A DNA stretch of 64,000 nt from the human T2T-CHM13v2.0 reference genome, Homo sapiens: NCBI RefSeq assembly GCF_009914755.1, contig NC_060927.1, one strand, 5' to 3'. A program made the translations under genes and the position numbers. Below, piece by piece: positions 27,152 to 41,749 of this stretch (positions within the stretch are counted from its first letter, which is position 1; every line of letters begins with the position of its first letter). Below the pieces are notes generated by a model. It had not been told where the DNA came from. It saw only the letters and a program-made list of their open reading frames with translations, and searched no databases.

Positions 27152-29434
27152 GTAAGTCCTTGGCCCTTGTTATTTTATGTTAAAATTCAATGTGGGAAGT
27201 GATTGAGTTGGGAATGGCATTTTCAATTCTCTAGTTGACTTTTTACAACTCTAGTTTTTTCCTCACCCAAGTAATTTATTGATTGAAATTTTATGTTTTT
27301 ATTTCCCTGTGATGGATCAAGCTGAGAGAAGATTTGTCACATTCGTCTAGGAGAGTGTTATTGCAGTTGTCCTTTATTAGGGTCATTAAGCAGTTCAATT
27401 AAAAATCCTTCAGGGAACCCACAGAATAAGTCAGTTGTATTATTGTTCTTCTGGAAAGACAGCTTCTCCAGCTAGCATTTTTAATCTTTCTAAGTTCACA
27501 TCTTGGGTTGGTTGCCTGTCTGTGTTTAAAGTCCAAATCGTATCGGGTTCCGTTCGTCTTCCAAGCATTGTTGCTTGTGTAGTCCTTGAACATCCAGTAA
27601 CATGCTGGTTGCTGGGCTGATACTACCAGGAATATCAGGAATGAGGTACAGTCCTGCCCTAGAGGAGCTCACAGCTTAGTGTTCAGTTTGTATTTCTTGA
27701 GCTCTTAATGTGTTCTGCTGTATACTAAGGAGCTTTGAAACAGTTGACCCTCAAGACATGGTCTCCACTCTCAGAGTTTACTGTCTTTTCAGGAAAACTG
27801 GGTCATAAATGGACAGTTTCCAAATAATATGACAAGGGCTGTTGGGGAGATACACAGGGGGCCAAGGCAGTTGAAAAGGGGAACCTCTAGTCCAGCCTAA
27901 AACTCACGGAGGCTTTGTGAAAGAAATTTTTTAGTTCTTCGAATGAGTTGAGAAAGATCAAGTAAAAAGAAGTAGTAAAAGTTTCCTGGCAGGGGAAACA
28001 CTATGGGAAGAGGCCCAGAGGCTGGTCAGTTATCTTTTGTGTAGGTGGGTGTTAGTGGGACATACATTATAAACTCTGTTGGGGGTCAGGGCATAGAAGA
28101 TGCCCTGTGGGCCTTATGATTGAGGTGTCATCAGAGGGTTTTATGCAGCAAAGTGACACAGGTAGTTGTGTAATTGTCGTTAGATTGATTGGCCACAGTA
28201 GAGGGAAGATTGGTGGGAGTGGGGAGGTAGGAAAGGAGGCTTGCAAGGCAAAGAAATCAGTTTGGAAGCATTTCAGGGAGTTCAGCTTTGGACTATTTTG
28301 GACTGTTTGTCCTTTATTTAGAACCTCCAAATGGATATGTTCAAGAGTTGTTACATGTCCAATTCTGCAGATTTGGGCAGACAGTTGGCTACTTGTGTGG
28401 ATTCGAATCCTTCAAGAACTTTGGCTGTTCAAAAACCCAAGAGGGAGTGAGGTTGCCTGAAGAATTTTGTAGTGAGAGAGAATCCGTGAACCTGAAGGAC
28501 AGGAGTGCTTAAGAGTCGGGCAGAGGGGAAGTCCATGGAGGAGACCGGGAAGGTTGGCCAGACTGGAGAGAGAACAGGGGGAGAGTATTGTTGCCCAAAG
28601 ATGATGAGAATAACAGTAATATTGTCATAATTATATTAGCGTATGGATAGCATTTATTATGGTCTAGGCATCGTTCTAAGTTGCAACGTATGTTATTAAG
28701 TCATTTAGTTCTTGGAACTAGCCTTTGAGATGGGAACCATTATTATTCTTATAACATCAATAATGCATAGATTACAGAGCAAGAAAGTGGCAAAGCTGGA
28801 ATCCAAACCAAAGCAATCAGGATCCAGAGTCCACACTCAACCACTATGCTAAACTGGGGTCTGCAGAAAGTTTCAAAAAGGAATTAGTAGTGGGCAATGT
28901 GTAGAGTATTGGAGACATCTGGCAAGAAGATGGCTGAAGTAGACTTTAACAATATAGTGTTCATTGGTGATCTTTTAAAGAGCTATTTAATTGAATGGTG
29001 GATAAGGAGCCAAATTAAGGAATGTCGAGGAGTGATGGAGAATAAGGAGAAATAGCACTAATTGTTGTTTTGAGAAACGTGTTTATGAAGAGAAGAGAAG
29101 AGAATGGATAATGGATAAAGATGGCAGCTGAGTGGAGAGTTAAAAATATATATATATTTTGATGGGCAGATTTGAATGTATTTTTGGGCTAAGAGCAAAT
29201 AGGAGAAGGAGCAGTGTTTGATAGATCAGTGCCCTGGGTATTAGAGGGCTTTGGAATCAAGGACACAAGGAAGGGCTCTGTCAGGAGGAGTTGAGAACTC
29301 CACATTGTTACAGTCATGAGGAAGGCAGTAGGGATGTAGCCCAGTGGAAAGAGATGGATTGGTAGGTTTCAGGGACTTGACATTCTTTGTATCTGCTATC
29401 TGGTTTCCACAAAGATGTCTCCTAGACCTCAGAG

Positions 29435-29788
29435 TTTATTTTTTTTATTTTTATTTTTTTTAAATTGATTGATGAATTGATTGAGACAGGGTTTTGCTCT
29501 GTTGCCCATGCTGGAGGGCAGTGTGGCCTAATCTTCAGTCACTGCGGCCTGGAGCTCCTGGGCTCAAGTGATCCTCCTGCCTCAAGTAAGTGATCCTCCC
29601 CCCTCAGCCTCCTTAGTAGCTAGGACTACAGATGTGCATCACCACACCCAGCTAATTTTTAAATTTTTCTTAGAGATGGGGTTTCACTGTGTTGCCTAGG
29701 CTGGTTTCAAGCTCCTGGGCTCAAGTGATCCTTCTGCCTTGGCTTCCCAGAGCGCTGGGATTATATGTGCAAGCCACTGTGCCTGGCC
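29435..29788 (-). mobile_element. AluJ SINE with a small internal duplication (AAGTGATCCTCC twice)
   Basis: GAGACAGGGT..., CTCCTGGGCTCAAGTGATCCTCCTGCCTCAAGTAAGTGATCCTCC. Confidence 0.85.
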
Positions 29789-30296
29789 AGCTTTTTGTAC
29801 TTAATTTCATATTTTTGAAAAAAAATTTGCTGTTGAATGGCACAAGAGCATAATGGCTTAGATATACACTTTAAAGCTGTTACAGACCTGATTTTAAACC
29901 TCACTCTGCCACTTAGTAACGGTGACCTTGAGCCTCTGTTTCCCCGTGTCTGGTTGGGGAGTAATGATAGTTCTTACTTCATTGCCTCATAGGGTTAAGG
30001 TTATGATGACGGAAAGCTTCCAAGATAGTGTTCAGCGTAGACTAAGTGTAATTAGCTTAATTAAATGTGAGCTATAATGTTTAATCTATGTTTAGGAGGC
30101 AGGATAACATAGTGGTTCTGAGCATGTGTGCTATTAATAAAATCAAACTTGGGTTGGTTACTAATCTACGCGGCTCATAGTCCTCTTTGGTAAAGGTGGG
30201 GGATAACACTACCTAGATCATGGGGTTATTGTGACACATAAGCAAGATGGTCATATAAAGTACTTCTGGTTGAGTGAAGAGTGTCTGCAAGTGTCT

Positions 30297-30477
30297 AGGG
30301 CGAGGGAGATCTACAGGCTGTGGATCAAATTCGGCCCACAAGGTAAAAATAGGTTTTATGTTTTTAATGCATTATTAAAACAAAAATGAAGAATGTGTGA
30401 CAAAAACTGTAGGTAGCCTGCAAAGCTTAAAACATTTACTATCAGGCTTCTTATAGAAAAAGTTTGACAACCCCTTG
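30297..30477 (+). mobile_element. MER58-family hAT element
   Basis: AAATTCGGCCCAC...CCTGCAAAGCTTAAAACATTTACTATC...AGAAAAAGTTTGACAACCCCT. Confidence 0.65.
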
Positions 30478-30942
30478 TCCAGGGTTACTGCCTGCCCACC
30501 ATTTATGAAGCTACTATTACATGATTATTTGATTTTGTTTTTGTTTTTAAATACTTCTTTTTTTTTAGCTTTTACAGCCTTAGAAATTACATATTATAAG
30601 TTCATCTCATGTTTTTAATTGCATGAAAAATTGGTTTAAGTGACGATTTTTAAGTGATGATTACTGCATTTTTATTAAGTTCCTTCAGGTTCCTGTTGGA
30701 GTATTAGCTTATGAATTATTCCTTAATTTCTCAACAGCTGTACTTCCTCCCTTTCAACTTAATAATTTTTAGTTTTGTCTTCTCAATTGCGAAGTTGAGA
30801 ATGGGGTAAGACACTCTCGTATTTTAAACTTACTAGTAGGAGACAATAATACAGTGATGACAGGGTGTCGTTTTTACTGTTTAGCTATTGTTATGCTTTT
30901 CTCCTTCCTCTGAACATCCAACTTTATCTGTTTCATTTCCAG

Positions 30943-31092
30943 ACTGTCACTCTCTGTTGCCCAAGTGCCTTGGTGTGGAATTATTCCACAAATGAAAATA
31001 AGAGCGCAAACCCAGGCTCACCCCTGGATCTGCTGCAGGTGGCCCCGTCCAGCCTCCCCATGCCGGGTGGGAACACGGCTTTCAATCAGCAG
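30943..31092 (+). CDS. MED12L: MED12L coding exon, 150 nt, phase 0-0: [50 protein letters not shown]
   Basis: Acceptor tttcatttccag|ACT, donor CAG|gtagac; CCPSALVW and GSPLD are conserved with MED12. Confidence 0.96.
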
Positions 31093-31500
31093 GTAGACTT
31101 TATGTTTCAGTGATTTGATGGCTGTTTTCATTCTTGACAGGCATCAGGGCACAGTGGGTCAAGCACAGGTTTTAGTATCTAGATGCTTGGGTGCTATCCC
31201 AGTTTTGCCTGCTAACACTCTGGGTGACCTTAGAGAATTGTTTAGCCTCTTCAGAACCACTGAAATTCTCGAAGTTGCTCCCTTTCTTTTCACTGTCTTG
31301 CTGAACAGTTCTTGCTGAGAGTTCTGCCACCCAGACTGTAATTATGGTGGTGGTTCTAATACATGACCATGACTCCTGTAGTAGTTTTGATATTTGGTAA
31401 TTATTATATGTTCTTATTGGTACTGGGTTATTTGTTTCAAAGCCTTATGTGACTTGAACCATAGGATTGTGATTAATATTTAGAATAAGATCCCTGTCTT

Positions 31501-32091
31501 GGGATCTAGAACTAGAAATACCATTTGACCCAGCCATCCCATTACTGGGTATATACCCAAAGGATTATAAATCATGCTTCTATAAAGACACATGCACACG
31601 TATGTTTATTGCAGCACTATTCGCAATAGCAAAGACTTGGAACCAACCCAAATGTCCAACAATGATTGACTGGATTAAGAAAATGTGGCACATATACACC
31701 ATGGAATACTGTGCAACCATAAAAAATGATGAGTTCATGTCCTTTGTAGGGACATGGATGAAGCTGGAAACCATCATTCTCAGCAAACTATTGCAAGGAC
31801 AAAAAAAAACCAAACACCGCATGTTCTCACTCATAGGTGGGAATGGAACAGTGAGAACACATGGACACAGGAAGGGGAACATCACACACCGGGGCCTGTT
31901 GTGGGGTGGGGGTAGGGGGTAGGGATGGCATTAGGAGATATACCTAATGTTAAACGATGAGTTAATGGGTGCAGCACACCAACATGGCGCATGTATACAT
32001 ATGTAACAAACCTGCACATTGTGCACATGTACCCTAAAACTTAAAGTATAATAAAAATAAAATAAAATCATATTCATCCATTAAAAAAAAA
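31501..32091 (+). mobile_element. 5'-truncated L1PA (PA3-PA5-like): ORF2 C-terminus plus 3' UTR, with 15-nt 3' transduction
   Basis: ORF MFIAALFAIAKTWNQPKCPTMIDWIKKMWHIYTMEY; G-rich 3' UTR; perfect 19-bp TSD AGAATAAGATCCCTGTCTT (31482-31500 and 32092-32110). Confidence 0.95.
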
Positions 32092-32470
32092 AGAATAAGA
32101 TCCCTGTCTTTTCCCAAGCAGTTTTCTTAATAGAACGTTGCAAATTGCTTTCACACATGGAAGAATGGCTCAAAGAGATTATTTTAGAACATTCACCTTT
32201 CCACGTGGTGTCCTAAAAAAGAAATTTCACTCGTAAAACAAATTTTGCAAGCATTTATTTTTGTGAACATTTATTATTGAAAACTGACATTGAATTGCCC
32301 TTTGTAAATTTTAAAAATTCACTTATTGGGCCACAGGCTGCATTTCTTACAATGCAGTCAAGATTGTAGTTCACTATAGGATACTTTACTCACGTGGAAA
32401 AACCTGACATGATTTAGACATGCGCTGTGGCATTCCAAGCACAAGTTAATTAGAAGCGATTATCTTTCAG

Positions 32471-32570
32471 GTTCGGGCAAGGATTTATGAAGTAGAACAA
32501 CAGATAAAACAAAGAGGCCGTGCAGTGGAAGTTCGGTGGTCATTTGACAAGTGCCAAGAATCCACAGCAG
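32471..32570 (+). CDS. MED12L: MED12L coding exon, 100 nt, phase 0 to 1: [33 protein letters not shown](G)
   Basis: Acceptor tatctttcag|GTT, donor CAG|gtacag; [13 protein letters not shown] is conserved in MED12. Confidence 0.96.
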
Positions 32571-32896
32571 GTACAGAATGCCACAGAGGAACGAGTGCTT
32601 TTGAATGTTGGACTTTATGCTGTGTTTTTGCTTCTTATAAACCATTCCACATGAATAAGGCAGCTTTTTGACAGAGCCACTTGGTGAATTTTGAGGACAA
32701 TCTTCAGTTTATGCCTTTTAGATCCTGGCTGTCTAGAATGTCAAGTTTGGTTTTGTTGATGATTGTTTGATAACATATGCCAAGAATGATAATTAAAAAA
32801 AAATTCTTTTGCCTCACATAGAATGGTGATTTTGTACTGTGTTATAACTGTGTTATTTTTGGCTTCATTAACCACTTGTTTAATTTCTGCCTATAG

Positions 32897-33033
32897 GGGT
32901 GACTATTAGTCGGGTTTTGCACACGTTGGAAGTTTTGGATCGTCACTGTTTTGACCGAACTGATTCCAGCAATTCCATGGAGACACTTTATCATAAGATT
33001 TTCTGGGCAAACCAAAACAAAGATAACCAAGAG
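32897..33033 (+). CDS. MED12L: MED12L coding exon, 137 nt, phase 1 to 0: (G)VTISRVLHTLEVLDRHCFDRTDSSNSMETLYHKIFWANQNKDNQE
   Basis: Acceptor ttctgcctatag|GG, donor GAG|gtagtt; RVLHTLEVLD is conserved. Confidence 0.96.
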
Positions 33034-33442
33034 GTAGTTAATTTTTTTTTAATTCTTTTCACCTTTTATTTTCATAGTGTTTTTTTCTTCTTTCTCATTC
33101 AGGAAACTCTGGCGAAACCTTTTCTATGAAGTGTAGTATCTTATGAAGACATACACACTTGAAATCATTCTATTGTTGGACTAAGATTACCTACCATTAT
33201 TAAAATGAAATGTCAGTGGGGCTTATCTACCTAGGAATATTGATATATTGACGGGCAAGATTTTTCTTGGCCCTTTTACCATCACTTTCCAATTTTAGTT
33301 TTAGAAGAATATCCTTCATTTAGTGATTGGACTTAATATGGTGGGTTGGCTTTAACTTGGGGGAATGTATGTTAACATTTAGCACAGCAGAGGGCAGTGC
33401 ATGAATACCCGTGGTCATGATCTTTCAAAAATCCTTAGACAA

Positions 33443-34227
<785 letters not shown>

Positions 34228-35512
34228 GATAATTTTTATCTCACACATATCTAGCAATAGATTGTTTCATGAATGAATTGCCCCAAAACTAGGATATTCA
34301 GTTGTTTTTTTCCTCAGCCTTATTTGGGGAGAAATAAAAAGTTTGTCTTCTTTTCACAATGAAAACTGCCGATGATAATATCCAGCCTGTGCTAGGCACT
34401 AGGACTGCAGAGTTAAGTTTTAAGACACCTTCAATACCTTAGTTAGCTGATGGCAAGCATCTTTGATATTTCAACTGGCTTTTGGGAATGCATATGTGGA
34501 AAGAAAAGATGAAACAGCAACAACAACCACCATCAAAAACCTTTCCTTCTCTTACCTTTATGTGAGCCTGATACATATTCCAGATTATTATTCTTTTTGG
34601 AATAATTTTTGATTGATCACCCTGCTTCTCAAAGATATGGTTCAAGACTAATGGTGCCAGCTAGGATCATTCAGAACGTTGAGAGCAAGGGACTGATTGA
34701 GTGTGCTTTTTAAATTCATCGCGAGTTCAGTAGCAATGCCTCCCTACTTCAGTGGAGCATGCTGATATAATCCTCTGCTTACTGAGGCAAGTTAGAGTGC
34801 TACGTGCTCTTTTTGGGTGGAAACCTTAAAGTGTGTTTTTACTAAAGACTTTCTTAGATAAAAGACTTCATGAATACTAAGATTTTTAATACATATAGGT
34901 GAGTTATCTGGAAGGAAAGTAGGGATACCCAAAATTCAGGGGGATCTTGGATTGTTTAGCTTCTTGCACTAAGTATTGAGTAAAAGCTACATTGTTTCCT
35001 GGTGAGGGTTTTACCAAGATTATCATAACCACCTTAGTTTTGTGGTTAGCCTGACTATATACCTTCAGAGTGTATGCACTGGCTAACTTCAGGATTATTG
35101 CCCCATTCACCTGCAGACACTTAAGTTACAGCACTCTCAAGAAAAAAATAGGGGTGTTTTTTCAAAAAAATTCAAGGGCAGAAATTATGTTGCAATCTTT
35201 CTGAATGAAATCACACTGTGAGGTTCTTTGTAAATCACAGATATCTCCGGAGTGGGTGCTTGCAATGAGCCATTAGGGTGCAAGAAGGTTATTAGAACTT
35301 CTGTTCAGATTATAATTTTCAAAAGCTTCTTTTGTCTCTGGAAATGAATGTAATTATTATGATCGTATAGGTATAGAAGTTATAAATAAGTGTGTGTTGA
35401 AAGTTTTTACTAAAAAAACTCTTTGAGCTGAGAGGGTGTGTGGGAAATGTTTGGAAATCACTGCCGGAAGCTTCCCCTACCTGAGTGACTTCTCCAGGAT
35501 TCAGAGAGGTGC

Positions 35513-35531
35513 GTGCCACCAGAGGGCGACA
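35513..35531 (+). promoter_or_regulatory. Candidate CTCF binding site
   Basis: GTGCCACCAGAGGGCGACA matches the CTCF core CCASYAGRKGGCR at every position, in non-repeat sequence. Confidence 0.65.
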
Positions 35532-35727
35532 TGTGCTCAGGACTGAGAGTCCTGGAGGCTCTAGGCACGCACATTTCTGGAAGGGCCATCAGTGTTGCCC
35601 CATTTAGCAGTAATTATTTTGAATGTTGACTCAACTTCAGAAAGACTTGATGAAAACTACGTTTTCAACCCATAATTCAGATTGGTCACCTTTTCTTAAT
35701 AGTCTGGCAAAAAGGATAACAAAATAG

Positions 35728-36470
<743 letters not shown>

Positions 36471-37309
36471 CTGTTTTCTTGACTGCAGAGTCACTTTGCG
36501 TATTTCTGGAATTCATGCATGTGCTGCAGCATCATGTTAACTGATCAGCTGGTGATCTTGAGTAAGTTACTCAAGGCTTTGTGCAATAGTGCCCTTCCTG
36601 GTTAAGTAGGCATAGAGTACTTGCCCTTTTTTTCTCTAAGGAAACATGAACACTTTGAGAATTATAAGGCACTATACAAATATGTTTTAAAAATTGTTAA
36701 CAATAATAATATAGCAATTATTAGTATTATACTGGAAGAACTAATGTGATGATGCTGTTCTCTGATAAGGAGTTACGTGTGGTTAGGATTCAGAAATTGG
36801 TCTCACTTCTTTAAAATATACTTCCCCTTTTTTGTTTTCATAATTCATTCAGGATTTAGATAGCACGATAGATAAAACATGATCAACTTCTGTAGTTGCA
36901 ATAGGTTGGAGGTTTGCTGTTACTAGAAGTCGTGTCTAGGTAGGCCTAGGCCCCAGGTTGCATAGCCTGCTTCTTCACATCTGTTGGGAAAACCTGAATT
37001 TCACCCTCCTTGATTCCTTAATTCCCTTTTCTCTGGAACTGCGACAGGGAAATGCAGTCCTCTCTACTTCCTTGTAGGGAGGGGAGAACTTCTGTCTAAA
37101 TGGGAGAAGTTTGTGTGTGTAATCAGTTTCAGTATTGGTGAAAGCCTGTTGAAAACTGCAGTGCATGGGATGAAGGCATCCGAGGCCTGGGCCCTGCCTT
37201 GTGGTTGGACTGTGGTCATGAGAGTGGGAGTAGGAGCTGATTCTGTGCCCACATTGGGGTGTGCCAGGCTATGTGGTGTGCCTTCACTGATTCCACATGG
37301 AATGCACTA

Positions 37310-37623
37310 TTTCTTTTTTTCTTTTTCTTTTTTTTTTTTTTTTGAGATGGAGTCTTGCTCTGTCACCTAGGCTGGAGTGCAGTGGCGTGATCTTGGCTCA
37401 CTGTAACCTCTGCCTCCTGAGTTCAAGCCATTCTCTGCCTCAGCCTCCCGAGTAGCTGGGATTAATAGGCGCCTGCCACCATGCCCGGCTAATTTTTCTA
37501 TTTTTAGTAGAGATGGGGTTTCACCATGTTGGCCAGGCTGTTCTTGAACTCTTGACCTCGTGATCCACCCACCTCAGCCTCCCAAAGTGCTAGAATTACA
37601 GGCGTGAGCCACTGCACCTGGCC
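37310..37623 (-). mobile_element. AluSg-like SINE
   Basis: Full dimer with GACCTCGTGATCC; degenerate TSD TGGAATG..CTA. Confidence 0.88.
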
Positions 37624-40600
37624 TGGAATGTGCTAATTCTTTACTCTCCCTCCCTGTTGCCCTTTACCGCCCCATTTCCTTGGCCACTGTTTCTGTGTCT
37701 GGGCTTTTGGGTATAATGGCAAGGGAGGTGAAAATAAAAATCTCAAAAACCTGAGTGTTTCCTTATTCTAGATCTGTGCTGCTTAGTTTTCCATTCAGAG
37801 TAGTGTGAGATATAAAGATGGTAATACTGAGGTCAGGGCTCATGTCCCACAGTGGCCAGGCAGGTAGTGGGAATGAGTCGGGGGATGCTATGTATAAGGC
37901 AGCCTGGAGGTGGTGGGGGTTGAGGTGTCTGGGAAGTGGGCAGACCCTGTCTGAAGAGGGAAGCCTCTCAAATTCTTAGATTCTGCTTGGGATCCACTGT
38001 TCCCTGATCATCCAACATTTCAAGAGAAGCTGGATGTCAAGATCTGCATGTAAACTTTCCTGATTTTAAAATACTGTGCAGCCAGGCAGTGTGTCTGCTG
38101 GCCATATTCACTCAGATGCTTGTCACTTTTCAATTCCTGGTACATGTCTTCTACAACATGTACTCACTTATTTGCTTGTTTAGTGTTTCAGAGCCATTTC
38201 TAGTCTGGGTGATGGAGGTGGCAAATCCTGACATCCACACAAAGGAGTCGTTATGTGGACAGTGGGACCCCTGGTTTCCACATGCTCACTGAGCCTGTCA
38301 CTTGTGACCTCACCTCTGAGCAGCTGGAGGAGGAGTTGCTCTCTTTGCTTTTCAGAGGCCTCAGACCACTTCCTTCCTCTTGGCATCTCTCTGTTTGGGA
38401 TGAGTGTGAGCACGGAGGCAGCTGCATCTTTAGGGTGCCTCAAGGACATGGATAGAAGGGACAGGCTAAAGGTGGCAGGAAGAGCTGCCTTTTCACTTCT
38501 CTCTTTGGGGGTCCCAGGAAGCCAGCTTTATCCTGAGTAATGAAAAGATGGAACCGGCTGCACTGGACAGAGTGTTCCTGCAGCAGCATGTGTGTTTCCT
38601 CCTTCCCTGCTGCTAAAACCACACACCCCAGACGGGGAAACTTACATATTTATTGTTTGGATTTGTTTTATGCTTAGACTATTCGTGCAGAATTCTTTGA
38701 AAGGTTGTGATGAGTTCATAGTGATGTTTTGAATGGCAAAGGCCCTAAGTTTAGAAAATGTGCTTTCCTCACCTGTGGCACAGAGTGTCCCAGGCCCAGC
38801 CAGGTTTGTATCAGTGCAGCTGGCGAACTCTGCTTCACCACCACGATCCAGAGGACAAAAGCTCGCTTTCTGTCAGTGCTGGGCTTGTTCCACATTTGTC
38901 TTCCTGCAAGCGTTTCCCTGGGGTCTATGTTTCTTCTTCTCCTCACCTTATGCACATTATCAGCCCCAAGTACCATGCATGGGGCCCAGGAGATGCTCAG
39001 TCGCATTTATTGAATTCATTTTTTAGACCTCATTAAAAAGCTACTCGGGCAGTGAACTGGAAGGGGAAGCACCCCTATAAGATTTGGCTTGGAAAGGTAG
39101 AGATGAATACAGTCATGGAATCTGTATATATCAGTCTTAGACGAATGCTTAGATTCAGATGTGGGAGAGAGTACGTGCAGGTAGAGGTAGGGGTGTGGCT
39201 GACAGGGGAGCTCTCTGCTGTGAAATCAGCAGTTTAGTGTATTTCTTTAGGGACATTGGACAATTCACGTATTTTTGATGAGTCTCAGTTTCCTCATTTT
39301 GTAAAATGGGCATGCTATTTCCTGACGATGTGAAAATGACATGAAATATTTGATTGATAAACCATTCAAATATTTATAGTTCCCAGCATGTAAATGGGTA
39401 CTTAATAAACACTAGCTGCTATTATTACTGACTGATGTATATAGAGTTAGTTAAAAACTGCAGAATTGGAAGGAATATGATCAGAGACTCATAGTGGGCC
39501 CCTTGGGGCTACTGTGGGCACACACAGATACCCATCACGCAGTCTACTAATCATAAGGCACAGCCAGGATCTTTTGGGCTTTTTACATTTGCTGGTTTTC
39601 ATGAAGTCTTTACTCTCTGTAGGGAGGCAGTTGGATGGCATTGATCCACTCAGGATGGGGTAGCTGCAGGACCATGTTGTAAAGGAAATCATGTTCATTT
39701 AAATGCTTAGGTTTTGTTGTTGTTTAAGGAAAAAAGTCAGTTTCTAAAACCAAGACTGCAGAAAGTCAAATAAGGCAAAAGTCAAGCAAGCAAGGAAAAT
39801 GTGCATGGATGGCTTTCTGTTGAGATCCAGGTGTGCTGAATTTATGTTGTTGATGCTGATCACAGCCCAGCCAGAAGTGTATTGTGCTTCAGAAGCTAAC
39901 ACATTTCCTACTGGACACCCAAAGGAAGCGTTGCTAGTCTTTTACAACTAGTATTTTCTTATTTTTTGAAATAATGTGTTAGTAAAAGTTTGGTTTCTAG
40001 TAACATAGTTGGGAAAACAAAATTGTGTGTCCAGTTATTTAGACTTGCTGTCACTGAGAAGGGCCTGTCACACATTGTTTAGATTGGAGTGGGCCTCTTG
40101 ATTTGTTTTTGAGTATTATGCGACTTTTTTTTTTTTTTAACTTTTTTGTGTGTGTTCTTTTTAGACAACGAGCCCTGTTTTAGTGTTATGTCATCTTATT
40201 TAGTTTTTCCCTGGCCTGTGAGATGCACGTTATTCTTTTTCTTACTTTCTCTTTTTAAAAAATCTTTTACTTTTTTGACAAGGCAACCAATGCTAGAGAG
40301 GATGAGAAATTGTTGAGGCTGATACCCAACTCATTGGTGGAAGAAAGGAATTGGAATCCTAAGTAGTTCCAATTAACAGTACAATCCAAATGGTACTCTT
40401 AACTAGTACGTTCTATTTCTTCTACTGTTTATTTAAAAAATGATTTTATTTCAGTGAACAATATAGCTGAAGTAACAAGTTTCAGATGTAATTTTGGAAA
40501 AAAGAGGAAGACACCTTTGTAATTGCCATGAACAATTTTCACCAACAATTTCCAAATATGAATATTGGTACATTTATGTGATGGAATAATCTATTAATTT

Positions 40601-41037
40601 TTAAAAGCTTGCTTGACAATTTTAACATAGTAAACAATATTTTAATTAGAAAATTCAAATCCTCAAGTTGAGCACGCTGGCCTTGGTAGGATACCATAGA
40701 CTTTAGGCCAGTTCAGACCTGATTTTCAGTCTTCATTTTGCTCCCAAGTATTTGAGTGGCTTCAGATCTCCCTTAGTGTCAGTCTGTTTGTCTGTACAAT
40801 GGCCTTACTAATAGAATCCACTTCGTGTAGTAGTACATGATAAGCACTTAGTAAATGCCAGTTGTTATGTTCTTGACTGGACAGCTTTTGGTTGTCAAGT
40901 GAGTAGAACAAAGCACCATCTTCTAGAAATTTGTAATTCCTTCTTATCTGTATGTTACTTTGATCTTCATAAAAGGCAAGCAGTAAAGTTTTTTGTACAG
41001 TGATGAATTTTGGAAATTACGCATAATATTTTAATTA

Positions 41038-41274
41038 TAGCTTGAATATCCCTTACGTGAAATATTTGAGAGTAGAAGTGTTTAGGAGTTTAGACTTTTT
41101 TCAGATTTTGGAATATTTGCATTATATACTTACCAGTTGAGCACCCCAGTTTGAAAATCTGAAGTGTGAAATACTCCAGTGAGCATTTCCTTTGCGCATC
41201 AGGTTGGTCTTCAGAACATTTTGGATTTTGGAGCATTTCAGATTTTGGATTTTCAGATAGGGATGCTCAGTCTG
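41038..41274 (+). mobile_element. Tigger4a (MER46A/Zombi) MITE
   Basis: TA|TAGCTTGAATATCCCTTA...GGATTTTGGAGCATTTCAGATTTTGGATTTTCAGATAGGGATGCTCAGTCTG|TA; about 237 bp with TA flanks. Confidence 0.8.
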
Positions 41275-41749
41275 TATTTTAAATATGAGAGACATGTACT
41301 TGTTAAGGACTTTTGGAGAGATTTTACTTTGAAATTATGGATCAGCCCCTGTATGACTTTCTGTTATGCAATTATGTATTTCTCACAACTCCTCTATTTT
41401 TTTCATTTGTATTACTTAAACGTTGACTGAAGATTAGAAGAATCATTTTTTGTTAAAGTGCAAATAAATGACAAACCTAAGTAAAAAATTAGTTGATTTA
41501 AATACTCAGAGAGGATTGTCTTATCTGTCTTGTTTCCTCGCAGAATTAGATCTCTTCTGTTTTTAACTACTGCTTTACAAAAAGGAAGTTGCTTTTGCTT
41601 CCATGGTATATGTTTGGTTTATCTGATGTCACAAGACCTAAAGACTATCAACATTGATTTTAAGGATGTGAAGTTAGGAAAACTTGTCCCTTTCTCAGTC
41701 AGAAATCAGCCACCTCAAATATCTTTTGGAAATGTATATATGCAAAATA

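Noticed and set aside
31602-31922. 106-aa ORF resembling a reverse-transcriptase protein C-terminus
   Set aside because: Tail of L1 ORF2 in a 0.6-kb truncated copy, frameshifted at an A run.
38089-39036. Stack of overlapping ORFs in several frames
   Set aside because: Locally GC-richer sequence with fewer stops; no recognisable protein, and MED12L exons 33033 and 52380 join in frame without it.
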